From positions 21,729-85,728 of the forward strand of contig JAZAMN010000034.1 in NCBI GenBank assembly GCA_036229005.1: a stretch of 64,000 nt of DNA. Direction: 5' to 3'. The translations under genes were made by a program, and so were the position numbers. A model generated the notes under the pieces. It was given only the letters and a program-made list of their open reading frames with translations, did no database searches and had not been told where the DNA came from. This stretch comes from Myxococcota bacterium (GTDB lineage: Bacteria > Myxococcota_A > UBA796 > CAJQPC01). This document shows, piece after piece, positions 30,428 through 40,130 of this stretch (position 1 is its first letter; each line of letters starts with the position of its first letter).

Positions 30428-30955
30428 TCAAGCCTCCAGGGCGGAGATTCGCGCCAGGGTGGCGTGATCGTCCTCTGGGTGGGCCCGGTTGTTCTGCTCG
30501 TGCCCGCAGAGGCGGCAGCGGTAGCGGATCACCCAGCGGCCCGCCCGCAGCTCCGCGCCGACGGGGGCCAGGATGCCCCGGCAGGTGGCGGCGCGGTCCC
30601 CGGGCACGATGTCCACGTGCAGCGAGCAGAGGCAGTGCGGGCAGTGGTCCCGGACGGGGCGCCCTCCGGGGCTGACCTCGGCGCCGCAGCTCGCGCAGGT
30701 GAACGCCTCGTCCAGGTGCTGGGGGTTCAAGCGCTCCCGCGCCTGGCTCTGGCGGTCCAGCGCCCTCCGGATCAGGCGCTTGGCGGGCCACTCCGCGGCC
30801 TCGTCAGGCAGCTCCACGCCCTGCTTCCGGGCCAGCTCCAGCAGCGCGGACTTGGCGCCCGGCCCCGCGGCATCCAGGGTCTTGGCGTGCTGCTTGAGGG
30901 CCTTGCGCGAGGCGGCCGCTTCATCGAGGAGGGTCTGGAGGCTCAAGGGGTCCAT
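30428..30955 (-). CDS. RNHCP-domain zinc-binding protein
   Basis: FTCASCG...RDHCPHCLCSLHVD..PGDRAA.CRG.L.P...CRLCG...N...ED matches the RNHCP family pattern. Confidence 0.8.
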   Translation of the reverse strand: MDPLSLQTLLDEAAASRKALKQHAKTLDAAGPGAKSALLELARKQGVELPDEAAEWPAKRLIRRALDRQSQARERLNPQHLDEAFTCASCGAEVSPGGRPVRDHCPHCLCSLHVDIVPGDRAATCRGILAPVGAELRAGRWVIRYRCRLCGHEQNNRAHPEDDHATLARISALEA

Positions 30956-30974
30956 GGCGCGCTACGATAGCCCC

Positions 30975-32882
30975 ATGACGACCCTGATGCTCCTGTGTTC
31001 CCTGGCCACCGCTGCGCCGGACGCCGACACCCTCACGACCCTCTGGCAGGTGCAGGCCACCCGCGGCGCCGCGGATCCCGTGCTTCCCCTGCTCTCCAGC
31101 CAGGACGCCGACACCCGCTTCCAGGCGACCCTGACCCTGGCCCGGCTGCGCGATCCTGCGCTGCTCCCCCAGCTCCAGGCGCAGCTCGCCGACCCGGACC
31201 TGCGCGTCCAGCAGGCGGCCGCCTTTGGTCTGGGACTCACCGAGGGGGGTGGCCCGCTGGCCCTGGAGGCCCTCCAGACCGCCCAGGCCCCGGCGCTGCG
31301 GGCCCGCCTCTTCGAGGCGCTGGGCATGCACGCTGAGGTCGCCGGCGTGCCCCTACTGGTCGCCGGACTGAGCGAGGCGCCGGAGGCCGCACAGTCCGCC
31401 GCGGAGGCCCTGGGCCGCATGGGCCTGGCCAAGGTCCCCGAGGTCTCCGTGCCCGCGGTGACCGACGCTCTGGCCGAGCAGCTCGACAAGCGCTGGCTGG
31501 CCCCCCAGGTGCGGGTGGCGGTGGCCTACGCGCTGGCGCGGATCGCCCCGGACAGCCTGTCCTCGCAGGCGGCCGAGATCTTCACAGCGCACGCAGACAC
31601 CGACCCGTCTGCGGCGGTGCGCTCCCTGCTGATGCGGGGGCTGATCCCCTCGACCCCCGACCCCAAGGCGCTGCTGGAGGCCGGGCTGCAGGACGCGGAC
31701 CGAGGGGTGCGTATCGCGACGGCGCGCGCGGCTGCGAAGGCGGGAGAGGACGGGATCCCGGCCCTGGAGATCCTGCTCCACGACCCGGCCTGGGATGTTC
31801 AGCTCGCCGCCGTGGAGGCATCGGGTGCTGTAGCGGGGCTGGACCACGAGGCCCTGCTGACCCCTCTGCTGGAGGAGGCGAATTTGGTGGATCTGCGGGC
31901 TGCTGCGGCCACGGCGCTGGGCAAGACCGGGCACACGGACGCGCTGCGCCCCTACCTGGACCGCCACCAGCCCCTGCCCCTGCGGGTAGCGGTGGTCGGG
32001 ACCCTGGAGGACAGCGCCCAGCTCCTTCGCCTGCTGGAGAAGTCCGCGGACCAGCCGGCCGCCATCCGCTCCAGCATCGCCGCCCGCCTGGCGGAGCTGG
32101 AGGCGGGTCCCGAGATCGCGCTGGCCCTGCTGCAGAACCCCGATCCCGCCGTGGTCGCCGTGGGCCTGTCGATGCTCGGGGAGAGCGAGGATCCCGAGCA
32201 CCTGGGGGCCGTTCTGGAGGCCCTCTCCAGCGCTGAGGATCTGGACGTGTGGCGGGAGGGCCTGGGCGCCCTGGAGTCTCTGCTCGCGCTGCTGCCATCC
32301 CGGGCCCCGGTGCCCGCCGCCGCCGCCGACCGCGTGCAGGAGGCGCTGAACCACCCGGACCTGTCTGTGCGCCAGGCCGCGGCGTCGCTGGGAGAGCGCC
32401 TGGAGCTCCAGGGCAGCCCGCCAGAGCCGACGCTTCCCGACCCCGAAGCGGTGGGCCAGATCCTGGGGGCTCGGGTGATCACCGACGCGGGCGTGCTGAT
32501 GCTCAGCTTCGACACCGAGCTCGCGCCCCTGACCGTCTGGAACTTCGTGACGCTGGCCGAGGCCGACTACTTTGACGGCCAGTCCATGCACCGCGTGGTC
32601 CCGGACTTCGTGGCCCAGACCGGCTGCCCCCGGGGTGACGGCTGGGGCGGCCCCGGGCACAGCATCCCCGACGAGCTGTCCTGGGCGCCCTACTCCGAGG
32701 GCACCGTCGGCATGGCCCTCTCCGGCCCCGACACCGGCGGCTCGCAGTGGTTCGTCACGCTCTCCGATCAGCCCCACCTGGAGGCCGGCTACACGGTGTT
32801 CGGGCAGCTTGTCGGCGGGTCCCCAGGGGCCCTGCACCAGGGTGCGCAGGTGCTGGATGTGGTGATCGAGCGGCGGGAGTAG
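30975..32882 (+). CDS. Exported HEAT-repeat protein with C-terminal cyclophilin-type PPIase
   Basis: Signal peptide, PBS-HEAT repeats (VQQAAAFGLG, LRAAAATALG), APLTVWNF..LA..YFDG..HRVVPDFVAQ.G.P.GDGWGGPG, GGSQWF, PHL..YTVFG. Confidence 0.85.
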   Translation: MTTLMLLCSLATAAPDADTLTTLWQVQATRGAADPVLPLLSSQDADTRFQATLTLARLRDPALLPQLQAQLADPDLRVQQAAAFGLGLTEGGGPLALEALQTAQAPALRARLFEALGMHAEVAGVPLLVAGLSEAPEAAQSAAEALGRMGLAKVPEVSVPAVTDALAEQLDKRWLAPQVRVAVAYALARIAPDSLSSQAAEIFTAHADTDPSAAVRSLLMRGLIPSTPDPKALLEAGLQDADRGVRIATARAAAKAGEDGIPALEILLHDPAWDVQLAAVEASGAVAGLDHEALLTPLLEEANLVDLRAAAATALGKTGHTDALRPYLDRHQPLPLRVAVVGTLEDSAQLLRLLEKSADQPAAIRSSIAARLAELEAGPEIALALLQNPDPAVVAVGLSMLGESEDPEHLGAVLEALSSAEDLDVWREGLGALESLLALLPSRAPVPAAAADRVQEALNHPDLSVRQAAASLGERLELQGSPPEPTLPDPEAVGQILGARVITDAGVLMLSFDTELAPLTVWNFVTLAEADYFDGQSMHRVVPDFVAQTGCPRGDGWGGPGHSIPDELSWAPYSEGTVGMALSGPDTGGSQWFVTLSDQPHLEAGYTVFGQLVGGSPGALHQGAQVLDVVIERRE

Positions 32883-32886
32883 TGGC

Positions 32887-33987
32887 TCAGCGACCGTCCA
32901 CGTAGGGCGCGATCTGGGACTCCATCATGGGGCTGTAGGGGAAGCCCTCCGCGGGGACCTGCACCGACCTTGAGGGCGCCGCCGCCGGGAGGGGCAGGGT
33001 CTGCGGGAAGCCGCTGTCGGCCAGGGCGCGCACCAACGCGTCGGCGAGCAGCTTGTCCGCGGCGGCGTTGGGGTGGACCTCATCCAGGAAGAGGGCTTGG
33101 GCGGACAGCCCACTGGCGCGCAGGACGGGATCCGCCTGGACCAGTGGGACGCTCCATGCCTCCGCGAGGGCCTCCATCAGCACCCCGTAGCCACCCTGCT
33201 TGCCCAGTTCGTAGTCCTCCCGGTTGCTCAAGCGCAGGAAGACCACCCCCACCCCGCGCTCTCGAGCCTCGACGAGCACCCCCTCCAGCTCCCGGAGGTA
33301 GGTCTCGGGCGGAACGCGCGGCGCGCCGAGGGACTGGGGCGTGGGCCAGCCCACCGCTGCGTAGGCGGGCACCCCCTTTGCGCTTGCAATGCCGGCCTTG
33401 AGCGTGCGGAAGAGCGCCAGGTGGGAGAGCAGTCGGTCGAAGCGGACGGTGGGGCTGGCCAGGCGCTCCAGGACCACCTCATCGGGAAAGTCTTCGGGGG
33501 CCATGTCGGAGAACTGATTGCCCACGACGAGGACATCGGGATCCAGGGCCCAGCCGACCTCCTGGAGCAGAAGCCGGGACTGCAGGATGGAGTAGCCGGG
33601 GACGCCTCCGCAGTGGACCTCGGCCGGGAGGCCCTGCTCGTGCAGCGCGCGCTGGAGGGCATCGTGGAGGGTCTCCCCATCAGCCACGCCGTGCCCGAAG
33701 ATGCTGGAGTCGCCCAGGGTCAACACACGCGGGAGCTGGCCCCGAGGCTCGGCGATTCCGGCGCGCAGACCGTCGGCGCCCACCTTGAAGCTGCTGCCGT
33801 AGGCGCTGTGCTGACCGGGCGTGAGGCTCCAGATGCGCGTGGGGTGCGGCTGCATCTCGATGCCGTGGTCGGGGCGCTGCGCGGGCTGGATCAGGCGCAG
33901 GGTGACCTCGACTGCGCCGAGGAGCAGCAGGGTGCTGAGGGCGGACAGCAGGAGCTTGCGGTGTAGACGACCAGCCACGGGGGCCAA
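32887..33987 (-). CDS. SGNH/GDSL hydrolase family membrane-anchored protein
   Basis: N-terminal TM, TLGDSSIFG block I, GVPGY block II, DEVHPN block V. Confidence 0.8.
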   Translation of the reverse strand: MAPVAGRLHRKLLLSALSTLLLLGAVEVTLRLIQPAQRPDHGIEMQPHPTRIWSLTPGQHSAYGSSFKVGADGLRAGIAEPRGQLPRVLTLGDSSIFGHGVADGETLHDALQRALHEQGLPAEVHCGGVPGYSILQSRLLLQEVGWALDPDVLVVGNQFSDMAPEDFPDEVVLERLASPTVRFDRLLSHLALFRTLKAGIASAKGVPAYAAVGWPTPQSLGAPRVPPETYLRELEGVLVEARERGVGVVFLRLSNREDYELGKQGGYGVLMEALAEAWSVPLVQADPVLRASGLSAQALFLDEVHPNAAADKLLADALVRALADSGFPQTLPLPAAAPSRSVQVPAEGFPYSPMMESQIAPYVDGR

Positions 33988-34002
33988 TAACCCGCTCCCC
34001 CC

Positions 34003-35139
34003 TCAGCTCCGGGACTTCCCCCGCCCCAACTCCGCCTGCTCACGGAGCTGCTCGGCTTGCTCTCGCACGGCGGCCCGCTCGCGCTCCAGGAAGTCCAGGA
34101 CGGGGCCCTCCAGCCGAGGGGAGCGCAGCCAGTGGCTGGACCAGGTCAGGGTGGGCTGGAAGCCGCGGGGGTACTTGTGGCCGCCGCCGTGGCCGGGCTC
34201 GAAGACCTCCAGGCCAGAGGCGATGCAGTGCTCGATGGCCTGGTAGTAGCAGACCTCGAAGTGCAGGTAGGGGCGCTCTTGGGAGCAACCCCAGTAGCGG
34301 CCGTAGAGGCGACTCCCCTTCTGGACGTTCAGCGCGCCGGCGATGGGCTCACCGTGGTCGTAGGCCAGCACGAGCTGCAGGCGGTGCCCGAAGCGCTCCA
34401 GCAGGGCGTCCCAGAGCTCGGGGCGGAGGTAGCTGTTGCCGCCGAACTGCCAGCAGGTGTTGCGGTAGAAGTCCTCCATCGCGCGGAGCTGCTCGGGCTG
34501 GATCTCCGCGCCGCTGACGCGCACGAGCTCTACGCCGGTCTCCCGCAGCCGGCGCCGCTCCCGCCGGAACTCGCTGCGCCGCTTGGAGCGGAAGCCGGAC
34601 AGGAAGTCCTCGAAGTCGCTGTAGCCGTGGTTCCGCCAGTGGAACTGGAACTGGAGCCGGCTGGCGCCCCCCTCGGCCTCCAGGCTGCGGGCCTCGCTCT
34701 CGGGGTTGAAGAGGATGTGCAGGCCGGCCGACTCGGTGACCCGGGCGAGCTCCAGCAGCGCGCGGACCAGGACGGGCCGGAGCTCTTCCCGGGCGACGAG
34801 CAGGCGCTGGCCGGTGACGGGCGTGAAGGGCACGCCGACGACGACCTTGGGGTAGTAGCGCTCGCCGAGCTGCCGGGCGGCGTTGGCCCACGACCAGTCG
34901 TAGACGAACTCGCCCATGGAGTGGGTCTTGATGTAGACCGGGCACGCGGCGACGAGCTGGTCCTCCTCCCAGAGGCTGAGGTGCTGGGGGTGCCATCCGG
35001 TCTCGGGGCTGGCGGAGCCGCTGCGCTCGAGCAGAGAGAGCCACGCGTGCTCGAGGAAGGGCGAGCCCTCCCCTACGAGGCGGTCCCATTGGTCCGCGGG
35101 GATGTCGTCGATGTCGGAGTGGACCCGGAGGCTTGGCAT
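34003..35139 (-). CDS. FemAB-like GNAT protein (DUF482 / peptidoglycan biosynthesis-recognition family)
   Basis: PFL.H.WL..LE.SGS, YIKTHSMGEFVYDWSWA, YYPK...VPFTPVTG.RLL, LYGRYWG, LHFEVCYYQ. Confidence 0.88.
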   Translation of the reverse strand: MPSLRVHSDIDDIPADQWDRLVGEGSPFLEHAWLSLLERSGSASPETGWHPQHLSLWEEDQLVAACPVYIKTHSMGEFVYDWSWANAARQLGERYYPKVVVGVPFTPVTGQRLLVAREELRPVLVRALLELARVTESAGLHILFNPESEARSLEAEGGASRLQFQFHWRNHGYSDFEDFLSGFRSKRRSEFRRERRRLRETGVELVRVSGAEIQPEQLRAMEDFYRNTCWQFGGNSYLRPELWDALLERFGHRLQLVLAYDHGEPIAGALNVQKGSRLYGRYWGCSQERPYLHFEVCYYQAIEHCIASGLEVFEPGHGGGHKYPRGFQPTLTWSSHWLRSPRLEGPVLDFLERERAAVREQAEQLREQAELGRGKSRS

Positions 35140-35154
35140 GCCTGCACTGGGACC

Positions 35155-36195
35155 TCACCCCTTTGGACTTGCGGGCCCCTGTTGCGGGAGGCCACGCCGG
35201 ATCTCCCCAGCGAGGTCACGCTCGACGGCTTTCGCGGCCACCAACAAGGCGTTCCGGATGGCGCGCGCGTTGCTGCGGCCGTGGGCCTTGATGACGACCT
35301 GGTCGAAGCCCAGGACCGGCGCGCCCCCGTACTGCTTCCAGTCGGTCATGGTGCGGATCTGCCGCAGGCCCTTGGAGAGCATGGTCAGGCCCATGCGCCA
35401 GAGGAACTTGCGGGCGTAGGCGTCCTTGGCGAGGTCCGCGACGACCTCGGAGACGCCCTCGAGCATCTTGAGCACGACGTTGCCCAAAAAGCCCTCGCAG
35501 ACGATGACGTCCACCGTGCCGCGGGGGATGTCCAGACCCTCGACGTTGCCCACGAACTCGACGCTCTCGAGCTGCTGGAGGCGGGCGTGGGCCTCGACGA
35601 TGGCGGGGGTGCCCTTGGTGGGCTCGGTGCCGTTGGAGAGCAGGGCCACCCGGGGGCGGCCGATGTCCGAGATGATGCGGGAGTAGGCGCTGCCCATCAC
35701 GGCGAAGCTGACCAGGTCCTCGGCGCTGCAGTTCAGGGTGGCGCCGACATCCAGCATCAGCGCGAAGGGGTCCTCGCGGGGGCCGTGGGTACGCTCGGTG
35801 GGGTAGACGGCGGCCAGCGCGGTGCGGCGGACCCCGGGCAGGCGCTCGAAGTTGCGGGCGGCCGCCAAGATGACCGCCCCGGTGTTGCCGGAGCTGACCA
35901 GAGCGTCGGCCTCTCCGCTGGCCACCAGCCGCGCGGCGGTGAGCACCGAGCAGTCCGGCGCCCTGTCCAGGGCCTCGGCGGGCTTGCAGTCCATGGGCAC
36001 GACGCTGCCGCTGTGCACGATGGCCAGCTTGGCGGGGTCGTAGCGCTCCTGCGCCAGGTGCTGCGTGAGCGTGGGCTCGTCCCCGACCAGCAGGACCTGG
36101 AGGTCCCGGTCCTCTCGGGTGAGCTTGGCGGCTCCCTGAACCAGGGGGCCGGGCCCCAGGTCGGAGCCCATTGCGTCCAGTGCGAGGGTCTGCAT
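35155..36195 (-). CDS. plsX: Phosphate acyltransferase PlsX
   Basis: LALDAMGSD.GP, SGNTGA, LDVGA, GTE..KG, GNVEG, GF.GNV.LK, YGGA..LG, IKAHG. Start MQTLAL at 36195. Confidence 0.88.
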   Translation of the reverse strand: MQTLALDAMGSDLGPGPLVQGAAKLTREDRDLQVLLVGDEPTLTQHLAQERYDPAKLAIVHSGSVVPMDCKPAEALDRAPDCSVLTAARLVASGEADALVSSGNTGAVILAAARNFERLPGVRRTALAAVYPTERTHGPREDPFALMLDVGATLNCSAEDLVSFAVMGSAYSRIISDIGRPRVALLSNGTEPTKGTPAIVEAHARLQQLESVEFVGNVEGLDIPRGTVDVIVCEGFLGNVVLKMLEGVSEVVADLAKDAYARKFLWRMGLTMLSKGLRQIRTMTDWKQYGGAPVLGFDQVVIKAHGRSNARAIRNALLVAAKAVERDLAGEIRRGLPQQGPASPKG

Positions 36196-36270
36196 GCCCG
36201 CACGGTAGCAGGGATGCTCCCCGGCCCGAAGCCACACCCCAAAGGGCGCGTCCCCCGGGCCGGGAGGCGG

Positions 36271-36999
36271 CTACTCCTCGTCGGGAGTGGGCAGCAGGAT
36301 GTAGCCGTTGCTGAGGTCACCCAGGAAGGCGCAGGAGTCGGGGCCGCGCATGTCCAGCCAGGCGGCGACGTAGGCGCAGAGGGTGGCGTCCAGCTTGGAC
36401 TCCAGCTCGCCCAGGCGGGAGCCGTTCATCTTGCTCAGGTCGTCGTTGACCAGGTCCTCCAGGGCGTCGGTGTCCTGGAGCTCCGGGTTCATGAAGGGCA
36501 GCTTCCCGTAGATGAGGTCGCGGTAGCGGTTGGCGGCGTCCTTGCGGGCGCCCATGGGGCCGCTCTTGATCCGCATGGGGCGATCCAGCCCAAAGAGCAG
36601 GATCTGCGCGGCCTGCGCGGCGGTCTCGACCACGCGGTCCGCCTGGGACTGCGGGTCCGGGTCGAAGCCCATGCGCATCAGGGCGCGGCCCATGGTGCGG
36701 GGGTGCGAGGCGTTGACCGTGTTCACCTGGTACTCGTCCACCATGTACCGGGAGAAGTGGTGCTCCAGGAGCTCGTCCACCTTGCGACGGCCGCCGGTGT
36801 TCTGGACGATGAGGGGGGCGTTCACGACCAGGATTGCGCCACCCCGGCCGCGGTTCCGTGCCACCCAGCCCAGCACGTCCTCGTGGGCGCGCAGGTGGGA
36901 GGTGGAGGTCAGGCGGATGCCATCCTCGGTGGGCTCCATGACGGCGCCAGCGGAGGAAGAGCGGGGGGCCCAGGCCAGATCGAGGCCGAGATAACGCAT
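36271..36999 (-). CDS. DUF429-family protein (predicted RNase H-fold nuclease)
   Basis: MRYLGLDLAW, APL.V.N.GG.R, LDA.LCAY.A, GD...GYI pattern. Confidence 0.75.
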   Translation of the reverse strand: MRYLGLDLAWAPRSSSAGAVMEPTEDGIRLTSTSHLRAHEDVLGWVARNRGRGGAILVVNAPLIVQNTGGRRKVDELLEHHFSRYMVDEYQVNTVNASHPRTMGRALMRMGFDPDPQSQADRVVETAAQAAQILLFGLDRPMRIKSGPMGARKDAANRYRDLIYGKLPFMNPELQDTDALEDLVNDDLSKMNGSRLGELESKLDATLCAYVAAWLDMRGPDSCAFLGDLSNGYILLPTPDEE

Positions 37000-37032
37000 A
37001 GACAGTGACTCACTCAGAAATGGGGGCTTGCC

Positions 37033-40000
37033 TTAACCGGTTTGTGCCCGCGTCAAGGCCCAGGCCACCCCCGAGCGCCCCCGCAGGCGCTCCCTGGCGG
37101 TCCCCGTCGCGCCCGACAGCAGGCGCTTCACCAGCGGCCGGGCCTCTTTGCGGGCCGGGGGGTCGCCGACGGCCTCCAGGCAGGCCAGGAGCAGAAGGAT
37201 GTCCTGAGCCTTGCGGGCCTCCCCCACGGCCATCCGGAGGACGGCCCGGTCCTCTTCGACCCGCCCCGCCTCCAGCAACAGCCGCGCCAGGGAGCGCCGG
37301 GCCCCCAGCTCATCCAGCTCGCGCACGGCCTCCAGCAGGGGATCCCCCTTCCCCCGGAGCACAGCCTCCATCCCCCGGGCGAAGGCGGAGAGCTCCCGCC
37401 AGCCCGCAACCTCGGTGTCCTCGCGCAGGCGATTGCACGCTGCCAGTGCGGCGGCGTGGTCCCGGTCGGCGAGGCGGACCAGGATGTCCGCGTGACCCCA
37501 GAGCCCCTTGGTCCTCAGCGACACCTGCTCCCCCTCCTGGAGCGCGCAGGACTCCAAGTGCCTGCGGGCCTCCTGAGGGCTAGAGACCGCCAGCGCGAAG
37601 CGGGCCTGGGCCGCAGCGACCTCGACGCGCAGCGGGTAGAGCCCCCCTTCACCGCCCGCCCGGACCGCCGTCCGCAGGGCCACCGTGGCGTCGTCCACCG
37701 AGCCCGCGCGCTGGAGGGCCTCCGCGAGCCCCAGCAGCGAATGCACCAGCCGAGGGGAGCGGACCTTTCGGTGCCACCGAGCAGCGAGCCGCAGGTGCCG
37801 CGCCGCATCGCCGAGCCGGCCGGAGTTCAACAGCAGCTCCCCGACCAGGTTGTGCGCCCGGGCCCCCAGGCTGCCGGTCGCCGCCTCACCCAGCACGTGC
37901 TGACAGGCCCGAGCCGCGTGCATGCGCTGCCCTCGCAGGGCCTCCACCCGCGCCTCCAGCAGCCGCGCTTCCTGCTGACCACGGACGTTGGCGCCGCTGA
38001 GGGCTTGCTGAGCGTGCGCCAGGGCATCATCCAGCGCCCCCCGGTGCAGCGCCAGCTCCCCCCGGACCAGGACAAGGCCAGCCAGCGGGCGGCCGCCGAG
38101 GAGGTTCGACGCGGCCTCCAGCGCCTGCCAGGCCTCGCCGGGCCGGGCCTCCGCGATCAGGCAGCGGGTCCGGGCCAAGGCGACCCGCACCGCGACATCC
38201 GGGGGCAGCGGTTGGGTGAAGCTCGCGCGGAGCAGGATCTCGTGGGCCAGGGGCACGCGACCCCGCCGCACCAGCCGCTCCCCCAGCCGCACCAGGGTCC
38301 CGGCCAGCGCATCCTGGGGGGCTCCGTGGGCGGTACACCAGGCCCGAAGGCTGGCGGCCTGAGGGGGAAAGCCGCGCTCATGCAGCGCCGCCAGGATGCC
38401 CTGGTGGATCGCGCGCTGGCGCTCGCCGCCGATCTCTCGCGTGACCAGGGCGGCCAGGGCAGGCCGAGCGATCTGCAGCGCCTCGTCGGGCCCCAGCTTC
38501 CGCGCGCGCGCCAGGTGTTCTCGGGTGAGGGACCAGCGCGCCAGGGAGTCCTGGGCCAACCCCGTCACCTGCTCAGCGACCCGCACCGGGACCGGCTCCC
38601 GGGCGACGGCGAGGACCTCAAGGAGCGCACGTGCGTCCAGATCCAGCCCCTCCAGGCGCCGCCGATAGAGGCGCTGGAGGCTGTTGTCGCGGCCCATGCG
38701 CACCGACGCCGACATGCGCCAGCGGGGCAGGCCGCCAGGCCCCACGCCCTCCCGCCGCAGAGCCCCGCGCTGGGCGAAGTCCCGCAGGGTCGAGACCACG
38801 GCGCCTGGAAGGCCCCGGGTGAAGGTGGCGAGCTTCTCGGTCTGGCCCGGGGGGATCTGGGGCGTGCCGAGCAGGCCCGTGATCAACTCCTGCACCTCGT
38901 CGACGCGCAGATCCCGCAAGGCGACCCGGCGGCCAGGGATGCCGGGCGGTTCGGAGCTGGTGGTGCACACCCAGATCCCCTCCCCCATCCGCTCCGCGAG
39001 CTGCTTGAGCTCGGCCGCGGAGGCCCGGTGGAGGTCTTCGAGCACGGTGAGCTGCCCGGCCTCCACCCGCTGCAGTTCGCCGTGGCCCGTGCAGCGCGCG
39101 CCCGAGACCCGCAGGCCCCGCTGTCGCCCCATGCGCCAGGCCTCCCGCGCCATGCGGCCCAGCCCCGAGCCCTTCTCGCCCACGAAGGTCACGACGCCGC
39201 TGCCGGCGTCCAGGATGCCCTCCAGCGCCCCCAAGGGCCCCTCGCGCCCCACCAAGGGCGGCTCCTGCAGGCTCCCGCTGCGCTCCCCGACGCCCGTGAG
39301 CTGGGTCAGCGCCAGCGAGGCGGTCTGCGGACGGTGCGCCGGATCCCGCGCCATCAGGGCCTTGATGAGCTCCCGCAGCGCCTGGGGGGTCTGCTCCGGG
39401 AGGGGCCGTCGGGGCTCCGCGCGCAGGTGCTCGTTCAGGTAGGCCGCCGGTCCCCGTGCGCGGTAGGGCCGCAGCCCCGCGAGCGCTTCATAGAGGGTGA
39501 CGCCGAGCGCATAGAGGTCCGTGCGTTGGTCCACCGCCGCGCCCGCGATCTGCTCGGGGGCCATGTAGGCGTAGGTGCCCATGACCCCGCCCGGTCCCCG
39601 CTCCCGGCGGCGGCGCGTGGCCATGCCCAGGTCCAGCAGCAGCACGCGCTCGTCCTGGGTGAAGAAGACGTTGGCGGACTTCACGTCTCGGTGCACCACC
39701 CCGCGCGCGTGGAGCCACGCCAGGGTCTGGAGCAGGCTCTGGGCGACAGGGAGGAGCTCGTCAGGTTGCATGGGGCGGCGCTTGAGGGCCTCCGACATGG
39801 ACTCCCCCTCCAGCAGCTCCAGCACCAGGTAGGGCCGCGGGCCATCGACCACCTCGTAGCAGCGGGGCAGCCCCGGGTGGCGCAGGCCCAGCAGCAGCTC
39901 CCCCTCCTGCAGGAAGCGCCTCAGGCTGGCGGGGGATCGGGCCGGATCCCGCAGGACCTTGAGGGCGACCGTCTGGCCGATCTCCAAGCCTTCAGGCGCG

Positions 40001-40098
40001 CCTTCGGCTTCCACGAGCTCCGCGCGGAAGACGTCTGCGAGGCCGCCGGCCCCGACCTTGGCGTCAACCCGATATTTGTCGAAGCGGACCATGGGCAC
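37033..40098 (-). CDS. Ser/Thr protein kinase with degenerate STAND-type ATPase and TPR-like tail
   Basis: VGAGG, VALK, HRDVKSAN, DLG, GTYAYMAPEQ, TDLYALG. Then LVGRE, GEKGSGLG, LEDLH, TRGLP and helical repeats. Start GTG 40098 or ATG 40092. Confidence 0.85.
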   Translation of the reverse strand: MPMVRFDKYRVDAKVGAGGLADVFRAELVEAEGAPEGLEIGQTVALKVLRDPARSPASLRRFLQEGELLLGLRHPGLPRCYEVVDGPRPYLVLELLEGESMSEALKRRPMQPDELLPVAQSLLQTLAWLHARGVVHRDVKSANVFFTQDERVLLLDLGMATRRRRERGPGGVMGTYAYMAPEQIAGAAVDQRTDLYALGVTLYEALAGLRPYRARGPAAYLNEHLRAEPRRPLPEQTPQALRELIKALMARDPAHRPQTASLALTQLTGVGERSGSLQEPPLVGREGPLGALEGILDAGSGVVTFVGEKGSGLGRMAREAWRMGRQRGLRVSGARCTGHGELQRVEAGQLTVLEDLHRASAAELKQLAERMGEGIWVCTTSSEPPGIPGRRVALRDLRVDEVQELITGLLGTPQIPPGQTEKLATFTRGLPGAVVSTLRDFAQRGALRREGVGPGGLPRWRMSASVRMGRDNSLQRLYRRRLEGLDLDARALLEVLAVAREPVPVRVAEQVTGLAQDSLARWSLTREHLARARKLGPDEALQIARPALAALVTREIGGERQRAIHQGILAALHERGFPPQAASLRAWCTAHGAPQDALAGTLVRLGERLVRRGRVPLAHEILLRASFTQPLPPDVAVRVALARTRCLIAEARPGEAWQALEAASNLLGGRPLAGLVLVRGELALHRGALDDALAHAQQALSGANVRGQQEARLLEARVEALRGQRMHAARACQHVLGEAATGSLGARAHNLVGELLLNSGRLGDAARHLRLAARWHRKVRSPRLVHSLLGLAEALQRAGSVDDATVALRTAVRAGGEGGLYPLRVEVAAAQARFALAVSSPQEARRHLESCALQEGEQVSLRTKGLWGHADILVRLADRDHAAALAACNRLREDTEVAGWRELSAFARGMEAVLRGKGDPLLEAVRELDELGARRSLARLLLEAGRVEEDRAVLRMAVGEARKAQDILLLLACLEAVGDPPARKEARPLVKRLLSGATGTARERLRGRSGVAWALTRAQTG

Positions 40099-40130
40099 CG
40101 AGTCTACCTGCCCAGTCCCTTGGAGATTAG

